Shown in pieces: positions 18,428 to 26,131 of a stretch of 52,790 nucleotides of DNA; the stretch's first letter is position 1, and every line of letters begins with the position of its first letter. The notes beneath the pieces were generated by a model, which was not told where the DNA came from, did no database searches, and saw nothing but the letters and a program-made list of their open reading frames with translations. The stretch covers positions 1 to 52,790 of the forward strand of contig JBILEY010000001.1 in NCBI GenBank assembly GCA_044351865.1. The letters are read 5' to 3'. The position numbers were made by a program, and so were the translations under genes. The stretch comes from Planctomycetota bacterium. Lineage in GTDB: Bacteria > Planctomycetota > UBA1135 > UBA2386.

Positions 18428-19465
18428 GTGCAGCGCTGCCTCGTCGCCTTGTGGTCCCTGCTGTCCGTGAGCCACGGCGGCGAGGAATCGGAACGGCTCG
18501 CGGTCGCCACCGACGCGGTGCGCGTCCTGGGCGAGCACGTCGCCGTCTACGGCGAGGTGCGCCTGGCGGTCGTCGCCGGCGTGCTGGCGACCGACGTCGC
18601 CGACTTCGGCGCCGAAGCGGTGGCCGCCGCGCACGGGCTGGCGGCGACCTTTCGCGCGGCGGCGGTCGCCGAGGTGCGGCCGCGACGCGACGTGACACCC
18701 GCCCAGCTGGCGGCCTGGGCCGTGGGCATGGTGCAGGCTGCGGCGTCGCCGTCGGTGCGGACGTCGCTGCCGTCGCTGCCGGGCGTCGCCGTCGTGTTGC
18801 TCGAGCGCGCCGACGATCCGGCGGAACCCCTGCGTCGCCTGCAGCGTGCCGCCGAGCCGCGCGGCGCCGACTCCGCGCTGCGTTCGGTCTACGTGCAGCA
18901 CCGCCTGATCACGGGCCTGCCGACGCTGCCGGGCGTGGCGCCGGCGACCGCGAAGGCGGTGGTGCAGATGGTGGTGGAGCGGCTCCTGGCGCTGCCGGGC
19001 GGGCTCGAGCCGCTGATGCTGCTGCAGCAGGACGGCGCGCTGCTGCAGACCGGCATCCGCGTCGCGGTGCTGGCGGTGCTGACGGCGCGCGCGGCCGGTT
19101 GGCCGGACGAACGACTGGCCGAGATCGGCGCCGCCGCCCTGCTGCACGACCTCGGCTGCATCCTCGACGAACTGCGCCCTGGGCCGGCGTCGTTCGCCTG
19201 GCTGCTCGAACGTGGCACCGACGACCTGTGGCTTCGCTGCGCGTTGGTGGCGCGCACGTGGCGCCAGGAGCATGGTGCGCTCGACGAAGTCGGCCACGGT
19301 GGCCTCGCGGCCGCGGCGCTGGTGCGTCTCGCCGCGACGATCGAAGCGGAACTGCGTCGCGACGGTCGCGTGCTCGTGGGCCGCATCGAGGATGCGGCGC
19401 GCGCCGGCGCGTTCCCGGCGGAGCTGGTGGCGGTGGTGCCCGACGCGGTGTTCGCCACCGCCTGA
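18428..19465 (+). CDS. Hypothetical protein with a possible degenerate HD-type domain
   Basis: GTG start with a GGAGG Shine-Dalgarno sequence 7 nt upstream. Third codon positions are G/C-rich. Only IGAAALLHDLGCIL resembles an HD/HD-GYP motif, and no GYP is seen. Confidence 0.5.
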   Translation: MQRCLVALWSLLSVSHGGEESERLAVATDAVRVLGEHVAVYGEVRLAVVAGVLATDVADFGAEAVAAAHGLAATFRAAAVAEVRPRRDVTPAQLAAWAVGMVQAAASPSVRTSLPSLPGVAVVLLERADDPAEPLRRLQRAAEPRGADSALRSVYVQHRLITGLPTLPGVAPATAKAVVQMVVERLLALPGGLEPLMLLQQDGALLQTGIRVAVLAVLTARAAGWPDERLAEIGAAALLHDLGCILDELRPGPASFAWLLERGTDDLWLRCALVARTWRQEHGALDEVGHGGLAAAALVRLAATIEAELRRDGRVLVGRIEDAARAGAFPAELVAVVPDAVFATA

Positions 19466-19501
19466 CCTGGCTGCGCGTGGCGAGGCCGCGCGCGTCCACG
19501 T

Positions 19502-20764
19502 TCACTCGTGGCGCAGGGCCTCGACCGGGTCCATGTTCGCCGCGCGCCACGCCGGATACAGGCCGAACACCACGCCGACGACGGCGGAGATGCCGAAAGC
19601 GAGGGCGACGTGCTCGAAGCGGATGTCGGTCGGCTGCTTGAAGTAGTAGCGGATCAGTCTGGGCACGACGACGCCCAGGCCGACGCCGGCGAGGCCGCCG
19701 AGCGCCGACAAGACGCCGGCTTCGACCAGGAACTGCTGCACGATGTGCTTCTTCTTGGCGCCGAGTGCGCGGCGGATGCCGATTTCGCGCGTGCGCTCGG
19801 TCACCGTCGCCAGCATCACGTTCATGATGCCGATGCCGCCGACCAGCAGGCTGATCGAGGCGATGACGGCGAGCACGAGGTTGAACATCTTCTGCGTCGC
19901 CTCGGCCTTCTGCAGCAGCTCGAGCGGCACCGTGATCTCGGTGTCCTTCTTGTTGCCGTGTGCCGGCTTCAGCATGTACTCGACGACCGCAGCGGCGGTC
20001 TCGACCTCCTCCATGCTCGGCAACTTGACCTTGATCTCGTGCAGCTCGACCTGCTCGTAACGGTTGATCAGCGGGTTGCGCACGGTGTCGCCGAAGCGCC
20101 GCCGCGAACTGCTGAGCGGGATGAACGCGCACTCGTCGAGCGTGGTGCCGTTCGGCGACGCGGCGCGGCCCTGGTACTCGAGCACGCCGACGACTTCGAA
20201 GCGGTCCTCGATGCCGACCAGCACGGTCTGGCCGACCGGATCCTCGAGCGGGAACAGGGTCTTCGCCAGGCTCTTGCCGAGCACGCAGACGTTGGTCTGG
20301 CGCACGAGATCGAGGTCCGACAGCCAGCGGCCCTCGTGCACCTTCATGTTGGTCACGTCGAGGAACAGCGGCTCGGTGCCGATGATCATCGTCTGCGCCC
20401 AGGCTTCGCCGTGCACGACGCCGCGCTGGAACTCGCGCGCCCGCACGACGGTCGCGTGCGGCAGCAGGTTCTGGATGCGGTCGGCCTCCTGGTAGAACAG
20501 GCCGTAGCCGAGGATGCTCATCATGCTCGTCGACGAGCTCTGCTGCGTCTCCTCGGGCTTCTTGCTGCGCACCAGGACGTTGGTGACGCCCATGTCCTTG
20601 TACTGCTTCAGCGTCTCGGCCGAAGCGCCTTCGCCGACGGCGAGCATCGCGATCACCGAGGCGACGCCGAACAGGATGCCGGCGGTCGTCAGCGTGCTGC
20701 GCAGCTTGTGCAGCATCAGGCTCTTCAAGCCGAGCCGGACCATGCGCATGGTGTCGGCGATCAT
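19502..20764 (-). CDS. ABC transporter permease, MacB/FtsX family
   Basis: MIADTMRMVRLGLKSLMLHKLRSTLTTAGILFGVASVIAML, a large periplasmic loop, and C-terminal ERTREIGIRRALGAKKKHIVQQFLVEA...YPAWRAANMDPVEALRHE. The ATG overlaps the ATPase stop (ATGA). Confidence 0.9.
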   Translation of the reverse strand: MIADTMRMVRLGLKSLMLHKLRSTLTTAGILFGVASVIAMLAVGEGASAETLKQYKDMGVTNVLVRSKKPEETQQSSSTSMMSILGYGLFYQEADRIQNLLPHATVVRAREFQRGVVHGEAWAQTMIIGTEPLFLDVTNMKVHEGRWLSDLDLVRQTNVCVLGKSLAKTLFPLEDPVGQTVLVGIEDRFEVVGVLEYQGRAASPNGTTLDECAFIPLSSSRRRFGDTVRNPLINRYEQVELHEIKVKLPSMEEVETAAAVVEYMLKPAHGNKKDTEITVPLELLQKAEATQKMFNLVLAVIASISLLVGGIGIMNVMLATVTERTREIGIRRALGAKKKHIVQQFLVEAGVLSALGGLAGVGLGVVVPRLIRYYFKQPTDIRFEHVALAFGISAVVGVVFGLYPAWRAANMDPVEALRHE

Positions 20765-21501
20765 GCGCCACCTCCGGCCGCAGCACCGCTGCTCGCATTC
20801 GCCCGGTTGTCGACGAGCTTCTCGACCTTGCCGTCGCGCAGCCACAGCGTGTGGTCGGCGCGTTCGGCGACCTTCGGGTTGTGGGTGACGATGACGATGG
20901 TCACGCCGTCCTTCCGCAGGTCGTCGAACAGGTCGAGGATCTCGCGCTCGGTGTTGCTGTCGAGGTTGCCGGTCGCTTCGTCGGCGAGCAGGAACAGCGG
21001 GTCGTTCATCAGCGAACGCGCGATCGCGACGCGCTGCTGCTGGCCGCCCGACAGTTCGAGCGGCCGGTGTTCGAGGCGCTTGCCGAGGCCGACGCGATCG
21101 GCGAGGTACTCGGCCTTGGCGCGCGACTCGGGGCCGACGCGGCCCTGGTAGAACAGCGGCACCTCGAGGTTCTCCAGCACCGTCAGCTGCGGGATCAGGT
21201 TGAACGACTGGAAGATGAACCCGATCTCGCGCCCGCGCACGTCGCTGAGCTGGTCGTCGCCGAGGCGGCTGACGTCGCGGCCGCCGACGCGGTACTCGCC
21301 GCTGGTCGGGCGATCGAGGCAACCGAGGATGTTCAGCATCGTGCTCTTGCCGGAGCCCGAGCGACCCATGATGGCGAGGTAGTCGCCCTTCGCGACCTGC
21401 ATCGACACGCCGTTCAGGGCGCGCACGATGTTGTCCTTGCCCATCACGTAGTGACGGTGCACGTCGACGAACTCGGCGATGACGGGGCGTTCCTGGGTCA
21501 C
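20761..21501 (-). CDS. ABC transporter ATP-binding protein (MacB/LolD-type)
   Basis: Walker A GRSGSGKST, signature LSGGQQQRVAIAR, Walker B LFLLADE. A GTG start at 21501 is chosen because the upstream gene ends at 21515. Confidence 0.9.
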   Translation of the reverse strand: MTQERPVIAEFVDVHRHYVMGKDNIVRALNGVSMQVAKGDYLAIMGRSGSGKSTMLNILGCLDRPTSGEYRVGGRDVSRLGDDQLSDVRGREIGFIFQSFNLIPQLTVLENLEVPLFYQGRVGPESRAKAEYLADRVGLGKRLEHRPLELSGGQQQRVAIARSLMNDPLFLLADEATGNLDSNTEREILDLFDDLRKDGVTIVIVTHNPKVAERADHTLWLRDGKVEKLVDNRANASSGAAAGGGA

Positions 21502-21514
21502 GGGCGTGTTCCGC

Positions 21515-23728
21515 TCAGTTGCCGCCGTTCGGGGCGCCGCCGCCACCGTCGCCATTGCCGCCGCCGCGGCCACCGCCGCCCGACCCGCGGCCGCCCATGG
21601 CACTGCGCATCGCCGCGGAGATCTTGTCCTGGAACGACTGCGCGGTCGGCAGGTCGTTGGCGTCGAGCGCCTTGCGCAGCGACGCGACGTTCGACTCCAG
21701 CTCCTTGGAGGCCTCTTCCCCGAGGCTGCCGCGCATGCGGTCCATCATCGACGACATGCCGTCGAGCCGTTCCTTGGCCTGCGCCAGCTCCTCGGGCGTC
21801 ATGTCGGCGAACTTCTTGCGCTGGCCGCCGCCCTGGCGCGGCCGCCGTGCTTCGCCGGCGCCGGCGGTGGCTTCGGCCGGAGCGGCGCCGGCACCTGGAG
21901 CCGCTGCTCCGGGTTGGCCGGCAGCACCCGCGGCCGGGGTGTTCGGCGCCGGCGGCGGCGTCGCCACCACCGGCTGCTCGAGCTTCGGCGGCGTGAAGCC
22001 GGCGGGCGGCTTCAGGTAGATGACGTCGCCTTCCTTCAGCCCCTCGAGCACCTCGACTCGTTCGGAGTTCTGCCGACCGACCTTGATGCGCACGGCTTCG
22101 GGGCCGTTCGCGCCCTGCTTGCAGACGTAGTTGACGGCGCGATCGCGCTCGACGGCCTGCAGTGGCACCGGCAGCGTGTTCTTCACCGTGTCGACCATGA
22201 TGGTCACGTTCGCCGCCATGCGCGAACGCAAGCGGCCGTCCGGGTTGTCGCTGTCGAGCTCGACGACCGTCGTGTAGACCTTGCGGTCGCTGGTCATCCA
22301 GCCGCTGTTGCTGTCGGCGACTGGCGCCACGCTGGTGACGCGGCCCTGGAACGTCTCGCCCTGGAAGGCCTCGATGTTGACCGCCGCGGGCTGCCCGCGC
22401 AGCACCTTGTCGACCTGCGCCTCCTGCACCTTGATGACGCATCGCATCTTGGTGGTGTCGGGCAGGATGATCAGTTCCTGCCGCTCGCGCACCTGCACGC
22501 CTTCGCGCACGGCCTCGCCGCCGCCGCGATTGCGGTCGATGCGCGCGTAGACGACGGTGCCGGGCGTCGGCGCCAGGATCACGGCGCTCTTGATCTGGCG
22601 ATCGAGGTTGTCGAGCCGCTCCTTCGCCAGGTCGAACTCGGCGATGCGGCTCTGCAGGTCGCTGTCGGCTTTGATCACCGCCGCTTCGTTGCTGCCCTTC
22701 ACGCGCTCGAGCTCGAGCGACGCGTTGTCGCGGTCCTGCGTCAGCTTGATGCGTTCGCGCGCCAGCGTGTAGTTGACCAGCAGGTCGAGGTCGTTCCACG
22801 CCAGCGACACCTTCGACATCTGCGACTGGTAGTTCAGGCGGTCCTTCTCCAGCTCGCTGCGGGTGATGAACTGGCGCTTGGCGAGCCGCCAGCTGTGGCC
22901 GAACGTGTCCTCCTTCACCTTCAGGTCGGCCATCGCCAGCTTGATGGCGTCGGCCTGCTGCAGGATCTTGTTGGCCATGTCGCCCATGTCGCGCTCCTCC
23001 GCCTCGCGGCGCAGGGTGACGAGCGCCTCGGGGCTCGGCGGCTGCGAGGTGCCGGTGGCGGCGAAGTCGACGATCAGCAGTTCGTAGACCTTGTCGACGA
23101 GGCCGGCGTAGGCCTTCGGGTCGACCGCGGTGACCAGGTTCTCCATCATCTCCGGGTCGTTCGGCTGCGGCGCCGCGCCGGTCGTCGCCGGCTGCGCGTC
23201 GGACGGGTTCACCAGCGCTCGCACACGCTCGACCATGTCGCGGTTCTTGCCCTCGCTGCGGCCGCCGGACCGGCGCCCGAGCAGCTTCTCGAGCTCCATG
23301 TCGGCGATGCGCAGGTTCGACAGCGCGGTGTTGAGCTTGGTCGACAACTCCTTCTGCAGGATCTCCTTCTCCTTCCTGGCCTGGGTCAGCGCGGCTTCCG
23401 CCTTGGCCACCGAGATCGCCTGGTTGGCGCGCTTCTCGATCAGTTCGCTGACGTCGAGCTCGACCAGCTTCTCGCCCTGCTTCACCAGCGTGCCCTCGGG
23501 CACGATGTAGATGATCGTCGCCTGGCCTTCGACCTCGGAGCGAACGATCGTCTCACGCAGCGCCTGCAGCTCGGCGTTCTCGCGCACCGTGATCGGCAGG
23601 TCGTCGCGCTTCACCGTGAACAGCTTGGCGTCGCCGGTCGGGGTGGCGCCGCCGCCGCCCGAACAGGCGGCGAGCAGCGCGGCGAGGCTCGTCAAGGAGA
23701 GGCTTCGGCGGGGCATCGTCATCGTCAT
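21515..23728 (-). CDS. HlyD/MacA-family periplasmic adaptor lipoprotein, unusually long (737 aa) with a C-terminal extension
   Basis: Lipobox LAALLAACS. Lipoyl and beta-barrel motifs (VEGQATIIYIVPEGTLVKQGEKLVELD ... ILAPTPGTVVY ... VEVLEGLKEGDVIYL). A further ~165 aa follow, ending in a Gly/Arg-rich tail. Confidence 0.85.
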   Translation of the reverse strand: MTMTMPRRSLSLTSLAALLAACSGGGGATPTGDAKLFTVKRDDLPITVRENAELQALRETIVRSEVEGQATIIYIVPEGTLVKQGEKLVELDVSELIEKRANQAISVAKAEAALTQARKEKEILQKELSTKLNTALSNLRIADMELEKLLGRRSGGRSEGKNRDMVERVRALVNPSDAQPATTGAAPQPNDPEMMENLVTAVDPKAYAGLVDKVYELLIVDFAATGTSQPPSPEALVTLRREAEERDMGDMANKILQQADAIKLAMADLKVKEDTFGHSWRLAKRQFITRSELEKDRLNYQSQMSKVSLAWNDLDLLVNYTLARERIKLTQDRDNASLELERVKGSNEAAVIKADSDLQSRIAEFDLAKERLDNLDRQIKSAVILAPTPGTVVYARIDRNRGGGEAVREGVQVRERQELIILPDTTKMRCVIKVQEAQVDKVLRGQPAAVNIEAFQGETFQGRVTSVAPVADSNSGWMTSDRKVYTTVVELDSDNPDGRLRSRMAANVTIMVDTVKNTLPVPLQAVERDRAVNYVCKQGANGPEAVRIKVGRQNSERVEVLEGLKEGDVIYLKPPAGFTPPKLEQPVVATPPPAPNTPAAGAAGQPGAAAPGAGAAPAEATAGAGEARRPRQGGGQRKKFADMTPEELAQAKERLDGMSSMMDRMRGSLGEEASKELESNVASLRKALDANDLPTAQSFQDKISAAMRSAMGGRGSGGGGRGGGNGDGGGGAPNGGN

Positions 23729-25344
23729 TCCGCGGTCTTGTTCGGCGGCATCGGCAGGTCGAGGTCGAAGCGCAGCCCGTGGGGCTCGAGCGTGATCGCT
23801 TCGAGGTTGTTCATCAAGGCGAGGCGGGCGATCGCATAGTCGACGATCGCCGAGTTGCGGCTCAGCTGCGCGGTCAGCAGCGAACGCTGCGCGTCGAGCT
23901 TCTCGAGCGCCTGCACGCGGCCGGCGTCGTAGAGGTCGGTGGTCGCCTCGAAGCGCTGCTCGCCGAGAACGACGGCCTGCTGCTGGATCTCGTAGGTGAC
24001 CAGCGCCGCCTGGATGTCGCGCAGCGCGCGCCGCACGTTGGCGGTCAGCTGGTCCTGGTTCTGTTCGCGGGCGCGGATCGCCTGGTCGAAGGCGATCAGG
24101 GCGCTGCGGTAGGCGTTGCGCAGCGGCACGCGGTTCAGCAGCAGGTCGAGGTCGACGCCGGCCGACCAGTTGATCCTCGACCAGTCGAGGTCGAGGCCCT
24201 TGCCGTTCTCGGCAGGCACCGAGATGGCGCCAGTGAAGTCGAGCTGCATGCGCAGCGCGTCCTCGGCGATCAGCGTGCGGCGGCCGGCGTCCTCGACCTC
24301 GTCGACGATCGTGCGGTAGTCGTAGCGGCGCTGCAGCGACAACGCGATCGCGTCGGCTTCGGCGATCTGCACCGGCTGCACGCCGCGCGCCGCCAGGCGG
24401 TCGAGTTCGCTCGGGTCGAGTTCGATCTGCGCCGTGATCGGCAGGCCGAGCGACAGCTTGAACTGGTCGAGCGCCGTCTGCAGGCGGTTGCGCGCGGTGA
24501 CGCGCTGCGCGTCGGCCGAGAACTCGTCCTGCTGGGCGCGGCCGAGGTCGGTGATGGTGCGGCGACCGGCCTTGAACAGCTCCTCGATCTGGCTGCGCAG
24601 CTCGACGAGGCGCTGGTAGGTGGCCTCGACGTTGGCGAGGTCGCGCATCTGCCGCACGACCGTCCAGTAGTCGCCGACCACGTCGGTGGCGAACTGCGCG
24701 CGGAAGCGTTCGTAGTCGCGCATCGCATAGACGACGTCGCGCTCGGCCTGGGTCAGCGGTTCGCGCGCGATGCGGCGGCCGGAGCCGCGCAGCAGCGGCT
24801 GCGTGATCGTCAGATCGAGGATCGAGCTGCCGTCGAAGCTGCCGCCGCTCAGCACCGAGCGCAGGAACGTCTGCACGAAGTTGGCGACGATGCGCGTGCC
24901 GGCGACGCTGTTCGCCTGCGCCGACAGGTCGTCGCCGACGCGCGCGTTGGCGCTGTCGTCGTCGGTGCCCGACACGCTGCCGGAGCCGCCGCCGCCGAAC
25001 CGCAGCGAGAAGTCGTTGATGCTGCGCGTCAGGTTCAGGGCCGCCAGGTAGAGCGTCTCCTTCTGGCGCTGGTATTCGCGGCTGTTCTCGGCGGCGATGT
25101 CGAGCGCGTCGACCAGCGACAGCCGGACCGGCTCGGAGCTCTGCAACAGCCGTTTGCGCAGCGTGTCGACCGCGCGTTCGACCTGCATGTGGCGGCGGGC
25201 GCCGGTGAGTTGCGCCGAGGTGCCGTCGAGGATGCGGTAGACGTCGTGGTCGGCGGCTTCCTTGTTGCCCTCGGGGGAGTAGCAGGAGACGAACGACAGC
25301 AGCAGTGGCAGGGCGAAGGCGGGACGGCGCATGACGACGGACAT
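23725..25344 (-). CDS. TolC-family outer membrane efflux protein
   Basis: Signal MSVVMRRPAFALPLLLSFVSC, then two repeats of the TolC-type helical pattern (LSLVDALDIAAENSREYQ..., RRYDYRTIVDEVEDA...). Its stop overlaps the adaptor start (ATGA). An alternative start is at 25332. Confidence 0.8.
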   Translation of the reverse strand: MSVVMRRPAFALPLLLSFVSCYSPEGNKEAADHDVYRILDGTSAQLTGARRHMQVERAVDTLRKRLLQSSEPVRLSLVDALDIAAENSREYQRQKETLYLAALNLTRSINDFSLRFGGGGSGSVSGTDDDSANARVGDDLSAQANSVAGTRIVANFVQTFLRSVLSGGSFDGSSILDLTITQPLLRGSGRRIAREPLTQAERDVVYAMRDYERFRAQFATDVVGDYWTVVRQMRDLANVEATYQRLVELRSQIEELFKAGRRTITDLGRAQQDEFSADAQRVTARNRLQTALDQFKLSLGLPITAQIELDPSELDRLAARGVQPVQIAEADAIALSLQRRYDYRTIVDEVEDAGRRTLIAEDALRMQLDFTGAISVPAENGKGLDLDWSRINWSAGVDLDLLLNRVPLRNAYRSALIAFDQAIRAREQNQDQLTANVRRALRDIQAALVTYEIQQQAVVLGEQRFEATTDLYDAGRVQALEKLDAQRSLLTAQLSRNSAIVDYAIARLALMNNLEAITLEPHGLRFDLDLPMPPNKTAE

Positions 25345-25477
25345 CGCGCGGCGTTCCGATCGCCGCAGAGACTCGTAGTTAGAGGCGTGCCGGTGTTTTT
25401 TCTCCCCCGCAGCACGACTGTTACTACGATAGGACGGCTGGCGGTGGCGGCCGCTTCGGCTGCTGCACGGCGGGGGC

Positions 25478-26131
25478 ATGGTGTCCATCTTGATCACGGC
25501 GGGGCCGACCCGCGAGTACCTCGACGACGTGCGGTTCCTGAGCAACGGCAGCTCGGGGCGCATGGGGTGCGCACTGGCCGCGGCCGCTGCGGCGGCGGGC
25601 CATCTGGTCACGCTCGTGCTCGGCCCGGTCGAGGTGACGCCACCGCCGAACGTGCGCGTCGTGCCAGTGGTGTCGGCGTTGGAGATGCAGGCTGCGGCGA
25701 ACGAAGCGTTCGCGCACGCCGACGTCTGCATCGCCGCTGCGGCGGTCGCCGACTGGCGGCCCGCCGAGCGCGCGCACGGCAAGCCGGCGCGGAAGGCTGG
25801 CGAGACCACATTGCGACTGATACCGAACCCTGACATCGTCGCGGGCCTCGCCGCGGTGCGAGGCCGCCGCGTCGTCGTCGGCTTCGCCCTCGAGTCGCTC
25901 GCTGCCGGCATGGCGGCGGCGATCGCGCGCGGCCGCGACAAGCTCCAGCGCAAGCAACTGGACCTGGTGGTCGTCAACCTGCACGACACGATCGGCAGCG
26001 CCGAGGCCGAGTTCGTGTTGTGCCATGCAGACGGTCGGGACGAGGCGTTGCCGCGCCTCGACAAGAACGCCGCGGCGGCGCGCATCGTCGCCGCGGCGGA
26101 GAACCTGTGGCGAACGAGGACGAGCACGTGA
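25478..26131 (+). CDS. coaB: Phosphopantothenate-cysteine ligase (CoaB domain only)
   Basis: ILITAGPTREYLDDVRFLSNGSSGRMGCALA... is the DFP/CoaB signature. The 217-aa protein has no N-terminal flavoprotein (CoaC) half. Confidence 0.8.
   Translation: MVSILITAGPTREYLDDVRFLSNGSSGRMGCALAAAAAAAGHLVTLVLGPVEVTPPPNVRVVPVVSALEMQAAANEAFAHADVCIAAAAVADWRPAERAHGKPARKAGETTLRLIPNPDIVAGLAAVRGRRVVVGFALESLAAGMAAAIARGRDKLQRKQLDLVVVNLHDTIGSAEAEFVLCHADGRDEALPRLDKNAAAARIVAAAENLWRTRTST

Noticed and set aside
19466-19501. Possible terminator between convergent genes (GCGCG...CGCGC)
   Set aside because: Only a short, imperfect stem can be drawn and there is no T-run. It is too weak to call as a feature.
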